This document shows positions 38,799 through 48,879 of a stretch of DNA of 64,000 nt, one piece after another; the stretch's first letter is position 1, and each line of letters begins with the position of its first letter. The position numbers and the translations under genes are program-made. Source of the stretch: Candidatus Binatia bacterium (lineage in GTDB: Bacteria > Desulfobacterota > Binatia > Bin18); the NCBI GenBank assembly GCA_963666315.2, contig CAXXHG010000032.1, positions 104,248-168,247 on the forward strand. The letters are read 5' to 3'. Under the pieces are notes generated by a model. It made no database searches. It saw only the letters and a program-made list of their open reading frames with translations, and was not told where the DNA came from.

Positions 38799-40014
38799 TT
38801 AATCCGCTACGGCTGGCGCTTTCTCAGCTGGCTCTTGCTGAACAGTTTGTCCGGACTGCAGCAGCAGGTCAGCGTTACGGGTGAGGTAATAACAGGCTAC
38901 TGTACACACAACGCACAGCAGCCCCGCAGCGTAGAACACGCTTTCCAAATTATAATAATCGGCCACCATCCCAAAAATAGGTGGGGCAATAGTCATCCCG
39001 AAGCTATGGACGGTGAGAAGCGCGCTCATTACCGTCCCCATGCCCGATCCGGGCGTGTGCTCCATAGCCAGTGCCATATGGGCCGGGTAGGCCAGTCCAA
39101 ACCCAGCGCCGACTAAGGCGTTGAGGACGAGTAAATGCCCGAACGTCGATGCCAATGGGAAGCCGGCTAAGGAAACGGCGCTGAGCAAGCCGCCGCTGCC
39201 GATTAAGATGGCCTTATTCATACGATCGGCAAGACGACCACACGGCGCCTGCAGGAGAGCGCTTATGAGTACGTTTAAAGAAATCAACAAACCCACTTGC
39301 GAGGTTTTTAACGGCAGAAGAGAAGCCGACAGCAGGGGGACAAAGATCCAAATGAGGGTGCTGGATAACGCGTAGCCGACACGAAAGAGGGCGACCCCGA
39401 GTATGGGCCGGGAGGACAGAATCTCGCGCCAAGAGGCTGCGTCTTTTTTCTGAGTAGCCTGCGGTTTCTGCACTTCGGGCAGGAAAAAGAATAATAACAG
39501 CAGAGACAGAAGGCTCAGGATGCCTAAAAGGATAAAGCTCGCCTGCATACTGAACAGATCTTTGATCACCCCACCTAAGACCGGCCCTGCAGCGACTCCG
39601 CCGAGAAAAGCCGTGTTGACATAGCCGGCATAGGCGCCCTCTTTTCCTTTCGGTGTCAGGTCCGCCCACATACGCCATAGAAACCGGCTGGACCATGGCT
39701 GTGGCCACTCCTTGGAGGGCCATGACCAAGATAAGCGCCAGGAGGCTGTTGGCGAGCAGGTAGGCGACGGAGGTCAGGGCATACAAGAACAGTCCCCACA
39801 GCAAGAACGCCTTGCGGCCACGACGGTCTGAGGCTCGGCCAATGAGGGGCAGCAGAAAGGTTCGGGAAGCCGAGTGCGCCCCAAACAGGATGCCGACCGC
39901 AACCCCGCTGGCGCCAAACTCCTGGGCATAGATCGGGATGAAGGGAATCACGACGCCGTTGCCCAACATAGTGGCGAAAAGAGCGAGGGAAAGGACCAAG
40001 AGCGCACGATTCAT
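38799..40014 (-). pseudogene. MFS transporter (DHA1-like), frameshifted near 39665
   Basis: GRASDRRGRK motif A and GRLADR in the second half; VSMAYVG/DLTPKGKEG carries one extra G. Confidence 0.85.
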
Positions 40015-40231
40015 AGACAAGCTATTATACGGCCTCTCCCTGAGAGTTGCACATGGATAGTTGCACATGCGCGTCATGCCTCAACTGTCTCAACCGTTTC
40101 AACTGGCTCAACAGAGCCAGTCTTAAGCAAGGCTGAAGCCTGTCCTGAGCCAAGTCGAAGGGGGGGCGGGCGAGGAGACGATGATAAGTCCAGTAAGAGC
40201 GCCTTAGTCTACTCTCGAAGTACGACTTTTC

Positions 40232-41695
40232 TCAGGCATGAACCGACGGCCACTTGTCTGCCCAAGGCTGCGCGTGTTCGAGTTGAGCAGCAACCCGGAA
40301 CAGTACATCTTCACGGCCGTATGCAGCCACGAGTTGAATGCCGATCGGCAGTCCCTCGCTGTTCCAGTACAGCGGCAGCGATATGGCGGGCTGGCCTGTC
40401 ACATTAAACGGCACGGCAAAGGGCATCAGGGGTGCTGAGCGTCGTGCCGCCCCAAGGGGATTGTCCGGTGTAGACACGAACTCTCCCAGCTTTGGTGGTG
40501 GCTCGGCTATCGTCGGCGTAAGCAGCAGGTCAAAACCGTCTTTTCCGTCTTCAGGCTGCCACCAGCTCGCAATTCGGCGCGTATCAGATTGCAGCCACTC
40601 AATTGCCTCAATATAGCGCACGGCCGTCCGCGCACGTCCGATTTCCGCCATGGCCCAGGTGTTGATCTCAACGTCGTCTTGACTGATTTGTTTACCCGTC
40701 TGTTCGGACAAGGTATCGAGATGCGAGGCGATCGCGCTCGTCAGAATAGCCCAGACGTGCCGTCGCAGTTCCTGCTCAGCATCGAGCGCGCTGGGATACG
40801 CTGCTTCAAGTCTATGTCCGAGTGCACCGAGAAGTCGGACCGTTTCTTGGACTGCGGTCACACAATCCGGATGCAGCGGCACGGCCTTGCCTGGAAAGTC
40901 GGCAAGAAAGCCTATCCGCAGTCGGCCTGGATCAGCACCGACTTCTTCCAAAAACGGTCGGGCCGGGAGAGGAGCAAAATACGGATCGCCAGGCATGGGT
41001 CCGGCGATCACATCCAGGATGGCGGCTGTATCACGTACAGAGCGTGTTACCACGTGTTCATTGACGAGGCCCTGCCAGATCTCGCCATACTCGGGTCCGA
41101 GCGATGCGCGGGCGCGGGTAGACTTGAGTCCGACCAGACCGCACTCACTGGCGGGAATACGAGTGGAGCCCCCGCCGTCGTTAGCATGTGCCGCCGGAAC
41201 CATGCCGGAGGCAACTGCGGCTCCTGCGCCTCCGCTCGATCCGCCAGTGGAATGATTGGTGTTCCAGGGATTCCGAGTCGGACCATAGGCTTCCGGCTCA
41301 GTCGTGGGCATGCTGGCGAACTCGGGCGTATTCGTTTTTCCCAAGAAAATAAAGCCCGCCGCGCGCAGCTTGGCCGCCATATAGGTGTCTTCTTTTGCCG
41401 TCCAGCCGAGGTCTTTGAGAAAACGCGTGCCCTGATGATACGGGTCACCGGCCGAGTGGCAGCCAAAATCCTTAAGGAGAAACGGGACACCCTTGAATGG
41501 CCCGTCCGCTAAATCAGTGGACTTTGCTTGCGTACGTGCTTTTTCAAACAGCGGAGTAATAACTGCGTTGAGCTGTGGGTTTACCTGCTCAATGCGTGAT
41601 ATGGCGGCATCGACCAGTTCGAGCGGGGTCGTTTCTCCTGTGTGTACCAGATCGGCCTGGGCAATCGCATCGAGACGGGCGAGTTCATCGGCCAT
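40232..41695 (-). CDS. Amidase (amidase-signature family)
   Basis: [44 protein letters not shown]. Confidence 0.93.
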   Translation of the reverse strand: MADELARLDAIAQADLVHTGETTPLELVDAAISRIEQVNPQLNAVITPLFEKARTQAKSTDLADGPFKGVPFLLKDFGCHSAGDPYHQGTRFLKDLGWTAKEDTYMAAKLRAAGFIFLGKTNTPEFASMPTTEPEAYGPTRNPWNTNHSTGGSSGGAGAAVASGMVPAAHANDGGGSTRIPASECGLVGLKSTRARASLGPEYGEIWQGLVNEHVVTRSVRDTAAILDVIAGPMPGDPYFAPLPARPFLEEVGADPGRLRIGFLADFPGKAVPLHPDCVTAVQETVRLLGALGHRLEAAYPSALDAEQELRRHVWAILTSAIASHLDTLSEQTGKQISQDDVEINTWAMAEIGRARTAVRYIEAIEWLQSDTRRIASWWQPEDGKDGFDLLLTPTIAEPPPKLGEFVSTPDNPLGAARRSAPLMPFAVPFNVTGQPAISLPLYWNSEGLPIGIQLVAAYGREDVLFRVAAQLEHAQPWADKWPSVHA

Positions 41696-41760
41696 AGTTC
41701 TATCCTCTGTAAAGTGAAAGAGATGCTTCCTCGTAACAAACACGAGGTGAAATGAGAAGG

Positions 41761-43350
41761 CTAAGAAAGGACTGTTACGCTCTGACCCCCCAGAGTCGGT
41801 AACGGTGCCCGTTTCTGGTACTCGAATATCCAAATGAGCAAACACGGAATCGCGATGATCCATCCCCGCACCCAGTGGTGATGCACGGCCGCGCCAAACC
41901 CTTGGATTAGCAAAAACACGCCTAATAGACACACCAACTGCGCCCCGTATAGCGAGATAGCACCCACCAATACCTGACGCCAGGACCAGAGACCGCTCAG
42001 CGCCAATACCAAGAAGAATATGCCCTGAAAAACCGGCAGCGCGGTGAGTACGCGCTCTGGATTATGGGGGAGCAGCTCAGCCGGGTATACGCCCACGCCG
42101 GCTAAAACCTGTTGATAGCTCCAGAGCAGCATTCGCCCATACGCTCCTCCAACGAGAAACCAGACGCCGATACCGCCTGCCACGCCCACTCCGAGTCGCA
42201 GCCAAAACCGCTGCTTTTGGGCGGGTTCCATGTGTTGTGCTTGCCACCCACCTAGACCGAGAATAAGCCCCACGATCACTGAGCTCAGCAGGAAGTAATC
42301 TTCTATCCAGAGCCACATGGAAGGCCAGTACAGCAGCGCCTCCATCACTCCCACCACACGCAGCACGTTGAGGAAATAGAAAAGTGGCAGGAGGAGGACA
42401 AGCCAGAGGGCACGCTTACCGAGCGATAACGGCACGACAAGAATAGCGGCGAGAGCCAAGACGAGGGTTGGCGAAGCGGCGCATCCGGCCCCCACGGAAA
42501 TGGCCGTACTGCCACTGGTGATGACTGGTCCGGCCGCCTGGGTCGGGGTGCCGACCCAACACAGCAGACTCGCGGCCCCACTAGTGACAGCATGTGCAAA
42601 GTGATGCGTCGGGGGGCTGCCGAGCACGGCGGATCGGAGTAGCATCAGCACACCGACCAGTCCCACAAAGAGAAGGGCCCGCTGCCAGGGGATCGGAAAG
42701 GGCATGGGCGCAGCTGTTGTGCGCGCAGCTGTTGTGCGCGCGGATGATTTGTGCGCGGATGATCTATTCGCGGACGATCTATTCGCGAATGCTTTGGCTC
42801 CAGCGATCCAGACAAACCAACTCACAGAGCCAGCGCCGACTAATACGAGTGGCCACAGGTAGACATGAAAGAGGTCAAACAGCGAGCCGTCTTCAACCAA
42901 AAAGAGCACGAGAATACGCACAAAGTTCAGCAGCTGAAAGAGCATCAGCCCCCACACTATGCCTCCGAACCGCCACAGCCACGGAGCTGGGTAGACCGCA
43001 GTGACGGCTAAATAAACCCCGATCACCTCCAGCCCACTACACTCTTCAGAGACTCTGAGGCTGTGTCCCCCTACGGATAACACTTCACCGTTGACGGACA
43101 CTTCGTGACCGAGCCACTGGAGCGATGTGGCAGCGATCTGAGCCAAGAACTCTGCCCACGGCTGGAGTACATACGCCTGAACCACGGGCAAGCGCAAGAC
43201 GACAAACAGGCCAACCAAGGCCAGCAGCGCCCCGCCAAGAAAGTAGAGGAGTTGGGAGCGGAAACCTTGGTCCGGCTCTATGTCTGCGCGAGGAGAATGG
43301 ATTCCTCCTGCTGGCGTTGCAGTGTGAGTCATCGGCTCTGTCGGTAGCAT
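41761..43350 (-). CDS. Multi-domain exosortase/archaeosortase-family membrane protein
   Basis: Domain 1: EECSG (C104), LNFVR (R145), FHVYLW (H162). Domain 2: GAGC (C290), LNVLR (R331), with Glu350 at the His position. A third hydrophobic domain follows. Confidence 0.8.
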   Translation of the reverse strand: MLPTEPMTHTATPAGGIHSPRADIEPDQGFRSQLLYFLGGALLALVGLFVVLRLPVVQAYVLQPWAEFLAQIAATSLQWLGHEVSVNGEVLSVGGHSLRVSEECSGLEVIGVYLAVTAVYPAPWLWRFGGIVWGLMLFQLLNFVRILVLFLVEDGSLFDLFHVYLWPLVLVGAGSVSWFVWIAGAKAFANRSSANRSSAHKSSARTTAARTTAAPMPFPIPWQRALLFVGLVGVLMLLRSAVLGSPPTHHFAHAVTSGAASLLCWVGTPTQAAGPVITSGSTAISVGAGCAASPTLVLALAAILVVPLSLGKRALWLVLLLPLFYFLNVLRVVGVMEALLYWPSMWLWIEDYFLLSSVIVGLILGLGGWQAQHMEPAQKQRFWLRLGVGVAGGIGVWFLVGGAYGRMLLWSYQQVLAGVGVYPAELLPHNPERVLTALPVFQGIFFLVLALSGLWSWRQVLVGAISLYGAQLVCLLGVFLLIQGFGAAVHHHWVRGWIIAIPCLLIWIFEYQKRAPLPTLGGQSVTVLS

Positions 43351-43607
43351 TCAGCCCTTCCCTCAATCTAGATTCCAGCCAAGAATAGACTGACCCATGC
43401 TGCGGGAGCAGCGGAAGGCTGGGGCTTCATGAGGGACTCTCCTTTTTCTGCCCTTCCGACTCTATGCCTTTCGTCAATACACGGTCAAGGTAAGTGAGCA
43501 ATTCCGATGACATTTCGGCTGAATAAGAGAATGTATTGGGAGAAGGTCTTCGCCTATCTTTCCGGCCCCCTGCCTGTTATGCGAAAACGAAGCGAAGGAG
43601 ACAGACT

Positions 43608-44003
43608 ATGGCAATACGCACAGACATTACCCCACAAGCGATGCAGACTATTCGAGCACGCTTTCGCTATTCGCCCGGCGTACGAGCCGGCAATTTGCTC
43701 TATATTGCGGGCCAAGTCGGTCGGGATGAGAACTTGCAAGTCGTCGTTGATAAAGAAGCCCAGTTCGCTCAGGCATTTGAAAATGTGAAGCAGGTATTGA
43801 CTGAGGCCGGGGCGACGTTTGACGATGTGGTGGAGATGGTCACCTACCATACGGATATGCGCGACCTTGAACTTTTTATCTCGGTCAAAGATCGCTATAT
43901 CACCAATCTCGACCGTCTTCCGACCTGGACAGGCATCGGAACGACAGCGCTGGCTATGCCCGGACTCTTGGTCGAGATTAAATGCACGGCCTATCTTGAA
44001 TAG
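43608..44003 (+). CDS. RidA/YjgF family protein
   Basis: YSPGVRAGNLLYIAGQVG, AFENVKQVL.EAGATFDDVV, LVEIKCTA. Confidence 0.88.
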   Translation: MAIRTDITPQAMQTIRARFRYSPGVRAGNLLYIAGQVGRDENLQVVVDKEAQFAQAFENVKQVLTEAGATFDDVVEMVTYHTDMRDLELFISVKDRYITNLDRLPTWTGIGTTALAMPGLLVEIKCTAYLE

Positions 44004-44031
44004 GTTTGCCGATTCCTAGAAAGCAGACTTT

Positions 44032-45345
44032 ATGCAGCAATCAGCACAGCCAGCACAACTCGCACAACAGCCCTCCTACGGTTGGGTCATCGTCGGGGTT
44101 GGTCTCGTGATCAGCCTATGCATGTACGGAGTCATCGAGTCCTTTGCCATTATGTTTAAGCCTCTTGCTGAGCAGTTCGAATGGGACCGGGCGACTGTTT
44201 CGGTTGCGTCGATGATAAGCTGGATCAGCTTTGGCCTCTCTAGCCTAGTGTGTGGCCGGCTGAGTGATCGTTTTGGTTCAAAGTGGATAATCATAGGCGG
44301 CTGTCTGTTTTTTGTCACAGGAACGTTTCTGATGAGTCAGATCCAGTCGTTGTGGCAGCTGTATCTGTATTTTGGCGTTATCCTAGCCATTGGACGGTCT
44401 GCGACCGGGGTGCCGATGGTCGCCCTGGTCACGAAGTGGTTTGTGAAACGACAGGGCCTCGCACTGGCGATCGCCCAATCACAAAACGTGGGCTCGGCCG
44501 TCTTTGCTCCGTTGGTCGTTTTCCTCCTTGCCCGCAACGATTGGCGGGGTGTATATATCTGGCTTGGGGTGGTCACCCTGATCGTCCTTCCTTTTTCGCT
44601 GCTCATGCGGGATAGGCCTGTTGCCTCGGTTTCGGCTCAGGGGATGGGCTCGGCTCTCAAAGGTTCTGTCCAAGGCTCTGCTCAGCCGGGAAGTGATCCA
44701 GTCCCAACCTCGGCATCTAGTGCATCTGGCATGACCCTGGGCGAGGCTATGCGGACACGAGTGTTTTGGACGCTCAACTTCATGGTCCTGGGCTGCTGTA
44801 TGTGTCACTCGTGCATTTTGCTGCACGGGTTCAGCCATATGACCGACGTGGGCATGCTGGAGTCGGTTGCCGCCCGGGTGGTGATGCTGATGGCTGTGTT
44901 CGGCATGATCGGTAAAATTGCCAACGGCCTGTTAGCCGATCGCATCGGTGCGAAATGGGCGATAGCCCTTTTTCTTGGTTTACAGGCGGTGATGATTCCC
45001 TTTTTTATTGAAGCCCGCCAGACTCCCTCTTTCTACTCCTGGGCCGTCCTGTTTGGGCTAGGGTTCGGCGGGCCGATGCCCGTGTATGCCATGCTCTTCC
45101 GGGAATATTTCGGCACACGGGCGATTGGGACGATCTTGGGAGTCTTTTTTATGGTGGCGTCTATAGGTATGGGCTCGGGCGGTATGATGGCTGGACTATT
45201 GCATACCCAGTTTGGGAGCTATGTCGTGCCGTTTCTGACCGGTGCGAGCACGGGTATAATCTCTGCCTTGCTGGCACTCACGCTGCCTTCTCCAAAACGC
45301 GTCGCTCCGATGTCAGCACCACAGATGGCTTTGCAGACAAGCTGA
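44032..45345 (+). CDS. MFS transporter (OFA/MCT-like)
   Basis: GRLSDRFG, KWFVKRQGLALAI, GLLADRIG, EYFG...GTILG; about 12 transmembrane segments. Confidence 0.88.
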   Translation: MQQSAQPAQLAQQPSYGWVIVGVGLVISLCMYGVIESFAIMFKPLAEQFEWDRATVSVASMISWISFGLSSLVCGRLSDRFGSKWIIIGGCLFFVTGTFLMSQIQSLWQLYLYFGVILAIGRSATGVPMVALVTKWFVKRQGLALAIAQSQNVGSAVFAPLVVFLLARNDWRGVYIWLGVVTLIVLPFSLLMRDRPVASVSAQGMGSALKGSVQGSAQPGSDPVPTSASSASGMTLGEAMRTRVFWTLNFMVLGCCMCHSCILLHGFSHMTDVGMLESVAARVVMLMAVFGMIGKIANGLLADRIGAKWAIALFLGLQAVMIPFFIEARQTPSFYSWAVLFGLGFGGPMPVYAMLFREYFGTRAIGTILGVFFMVASIGMGSGGMMAGLLHTQFGSYVVPFLTGASTGIISALLALTLPSPKRVAPMSAPQMALQTS

Positions 45346-45429
45346 CCAAGCTGACCAAGCTGACCAGGTTGACCAAGTGGACAAGAGGGGCACGAAAGCT
45401 TTCTTGCCCCTCGCCCTCTCCTATCCTGG

Positions 45430-46631
45430 TTACGAGAGGAGGTGGGCCGTGGTCCCGTCGCGATGTTTCTTGAGGTAGGGCATGAACGGTGTCCCGCGCG
45501 CGCCGAGATCGGTCGGGTTGTCAGCGCGACACTGGTTCTGGCGATGGATATAACGCCCCGCGTACTCCAGGTGGGTGGAACGGAAGAGTCCAATCTGCTG
45601 TATACAGGCGTCGTACGCGCAGCGCAGCCCAGGAGCCTGTTGACGCTGCGCCAGAACATACTCACGAATACAAGGGCCTTGTTCGATAGCCGCAATACCG
45701 ACACGGTGGCGGGGGGGCATATAGGCGCGCATTTCTCGCAGGTATGGACGCAGCGGATCGTCTCTATGCCCGATGCTCAGTGCAGCATCAAGACAAGGAA
45801 TAAGAGAACTCTGGGCTCCAGTTTTGCCGCGAAACTGTTGTGGTTGGCCCTTATAGGACGTCACGCCTTGATACACGACGCCGTACGGGAGAGCGGGCTG
45901 GTCCTTCCAGCCGTGGATATACGGTCGTACTCGGTGGTAAATAGATATACGGGTCGCACTGTTCCGGCATACGCAGCAGGGTGGTGTACATATCCTGCAC
46001 GGCAGCAGCGATGAGGACCAGTTGGTGTTCGAGTTCGTCCGGCCGGTCTTCGCTCACAGCTCTTTGGGCTGAACCGATTGCTCTGAGCGCCGGTGCAGCC
46101 TTCGCTTCGATATCGACGTGGATGAGAACAAACCATTCTTCGTCCAAGCCGGCCAAGAAATTCTGTTGCAGGACGATGTTGCCTAACGCGATTGGCCCGG
46201 TGGGGTCCAGCCGGCGCCAGTTGTCGAGCGCATACGAAGCGTAGGACAGGACCGGTGGACGATCGAGTTGGTGGGCCACGGCATGCCACGGGACTGCTAC
46301 ACCGCTCGGCACATGGTCCACGGCCTCCTTGCCACCCCACACATAACCATGGCCAAAATATGATAACAACATCATCGCCCGGCGGAGCTGAGCTTCGCCG
46401 TGTAAAGCAGCCACATCAAGTATCGGCAGCTGCTCCAGATATGGAGCGTAGGGTTTCTGCAGCCAGCAACTTCGGGATGTCTCCCGCAATCTCCTCCCAG
46501 CGGTCGAAGTCCCGAGGCAGACGATCGAGCGGATCTGGCGATGGAAGAAATCCTCGCTCTAGATCGACAAAGACGAGGTCAGCGGTTGAATGGGGTAGAG
46601 ACGACTGGTTTTGAGCTTGTGACATGGGCAA
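45430..46631 (-). pseudogene. Indoleamine 2,3-dioxygenase/PrnB-family heme dioxygenase with two +1 frameshifts
   Basis: ERGFLP, RPPVLSYASYAL.NWR, DEEWFVLIHVDIE, DPYIY/YHRVRPYIHGW, GKTGAQSS, MRAYMP..H, FRSTHL, GTPFMPYL. Shifts near 46446 and 45940. Confidence 0.85.
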
Positions 46632-46803
46632 ATCCTCTTCTTCTATACTGGCCCATACTCTGGTACTAAATGAAACTTGACCCGTGCGCTAACAAAGCAG
46701 TATGAGGAGACGACTAGGGAGAGATTTCCGCAGCGCGGCTAGCGCTGGCAGCGCCCGGTGGTGGAGAGTTCACACGTCAAGCAAGTTACGAAGGAGGCAG
46801 ACT

Positions 46804-47988
46804 ATGCAATTTTTTAGCTTCCATCTCATGCCCTGGCCACACCTGCCACAGGATTTTGACGACACGTCAAAATATCCCACAGCTTGGGTCACGTTCTCCA
46901 ATGAGCACTACGATTCTGAAAAAGGGCACGACCTGTATAATCGCTATCTGGATGAGCTGGAGTATGCAGAAACGTTAGGCTTCGATGGCGTATGCGTGAA
47001 CGAGCATCATCAAAACACGTATGGCACCATGCCGTCGCCCAATATTATTGCCGCCCTGCTTGCACGCAGAACCAGTCGGGTCAAGATCGCCATGGTCGGC
47101 AACGGGCTGCCGTTGCGCGATCATCCGCTACGGGTAGCAGAAGAGGTTGCTATGCTCGACGTCGTTACTGGCGGGCGCATTATCTCTGGTTTTGTACGTG
47201 GTATCGGGTGCGAATATTACTCCATGGGGATCAATCCCACGCACTCTCTTGCCCGCTTTCGGGAGGCGCATGATTTGATTATTCGCGCCTGGACCGAGAC
47301 CGGTCCGTTTAACTTTGACGGCGAACACTACCAGGTCCGCTATGTCAACGTCTGGCCGCGTCCGTTTCAAAAACCGCATCCTCCCATCTGGATCCCCGGT
47401 TTTGGCAGTAAAGAGACCATGAGCTGGTGCGCTGATCCGGATCGCAAGTATCCCTATTTAGCCGTGTATATGTCTGATGCCCTCGTCAAAACGTATTTCG
47501 ATCAATACCGTGCGGAAGCCGAGAAATGTGGATATACAGCTTCTCCGTACCAGCTGGGTCATCTGCTCCCCATCTATGTAGCCGAGACCGACGAGCGTGC
47601 CCGTGAAGAAGCCGCAGACCACATCCTGTGGCTTTACCACCGGGGGTTGCGGATTCCGTTGAACATGCTCTTCCCTCCAGGGTATGTGACGCATGAGTCC
47701 ATGCAGCGTATTTTGGGGATGGCTGATGATCTCGACTATGCCAAGATGTCTTTCGATGACCTGAATGATCGTGGCTATTGCGTCGTGGGCGGTGTGGAGA
47801 CCGTCAAGCAACGGCTCGCCGCTTCTATTAAAGAATTGGGCTACGGTATTTTACTGTCCCTCCTCCAGATTGGTGACATGCCCCACTACCGGACCGTCAA
47901 AAATATGGAGCTGTTCGCCACTGAGGTCATACCGTATTTGAGAAAAGAGTTTCAGGGCATGCAGGAGAAGTGGGCCCAGGCTGCGTAG
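46804..47988 (+). CDS. LLM-class flavin-dependent oxidoreductase
   Basis: GVCVNEHHQ, HPLRVAEEVAMLDV..GGR, WPRPFQKPHPPIW. Confidence 0.92.
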   Translation: MQFFSFHLMPWPHLPQDFDDTSKYPTAWVTFSNEHYDSEKGHDLYNRYLDELEYAETLGFDGVCVNEHHQNTYGTMPSPNIIAALLARRTSRVKIAMVGNGLPLRDHPLRVAEEVAMLDVVTGGRIISGFVRGIGCEYYSMGINPTHSLARFREAHDLIIRAWTETGPFNFDGEHYQVRYVNVWPRPFQKPHPPIWIPGFGSKETMSWCADPDRKYPYLAVYMSDALVKTYFDQYRAEAEKCGYTASPYQLGHLLPIYVAETDERAREEAADHILWLYHRGLRIPLNMLFPPGYVTHESMQRILGMADDLDYAKMSFDDLNDRGYCVVGGVETVKQRLAASIKELGYGILLSLLQIGDMPHYRTVKNMELFATEVIPYLRKEFQGMQEKWAQAA

Positions 47989-48029
47989 GGGAGGACCGGA
48001 GCTTTGTGCTTCGATCCTTTCAGACGGCT

Positions 48030-48818
48030 CTATACATCGCTCGCGAGTTGCTGCAGGACCTCAAGAACAGCCTGATGAATGTGACCGTTTGACGCAAGCG
48101 TTTGCTCACCGTGAAGATCAAAGCTGGCGCCGGAGAAGTCACTCGTCCGGCCTCCGGCTTCTTCGACCAGGAGTGAGCCGGCTGCAATATCCCACGGGTA
48201 TAGCCGCCACTCCCAGAAGCCATCCGCCCGGCCACAGGCCACTTAGCACAAGTCGAGCGCAGTAGAACCGCTCCGTCTGACGCCGTGGGTGCGCAGCATA
48301 AAGGCTTCATAGTAATGGAGATAAAATGCGCTTCGCCTGCGGCGATCATACGGGAAACCTGTCAGCAGCAGACTCTGATCAAGTTGTGCGGCGGAAGAGA
48401 CATGAATCGGATTTCCGTTTAGATACGCGCCTCCGTTACGACTGGCGCAGAAGGTCTCATTGCGAAGCTGGTCGTGGACCACACCTACAATGATTTTCGA
48501 CTCATAGGCGAGGGCGATAGAAACGGCAAAGTGCGGATAGGTGTGAGCAAAATTTGTGGTTCCATCTAGTGGATCGATATACCAACAATATGGACTGTCC
48601 GGGCCGGATCTGGCCGATTCCTCTGCGATAATTTTGTGGGTTGGAAAACGCGAACGCAGCATAGCGGTAATCAGATGATCAGCCGCTTTACCCATATTGG
48701 TGACCAGATCGACCATGTCGGTTTTTATTTCGACTTGTTTGGTCTTGAGCCAGTTCTCTTTGAGAAGAACGCCTGCTTGCAGCGCCGCATCGTGGGCGGC
48801 TGTTATGAACGCTTGCAC
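48030..48818 (-). pseudogene. suhB: Inositol monophosphatase SuhB with an in-frame TAA at 48243-48245
   Basis: [36 protein letters not shown]...WDIAAG; the stop replaces the usual Tyr. Confidence 0.85.
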
Positions 48819-48879
48819 AGAGGTATTGTGGCAAGCGCGTTTGGCGCCTGCAATATGACGATGTAAAGAAAGTCTATCC

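Noticed and set aside
40114-40162. Fourth MITE copy
   Set aside because: Only a degenerate half palindrome (CCTGAGCCAAGTCGAAGG) is present, without TIRs.
41696-41932. N-terminal extension of the amidase in the ORF track
   Set aside because: It overlaps the exosortase gene; the RBS and family pattern support the start at 41695.
10214-48818. Stop-codon reassignment to explain the in-frame stops
   Set aside because: The three internal stops are TAG, TGA and TAA, and all three codons terminate intact core genes normally.
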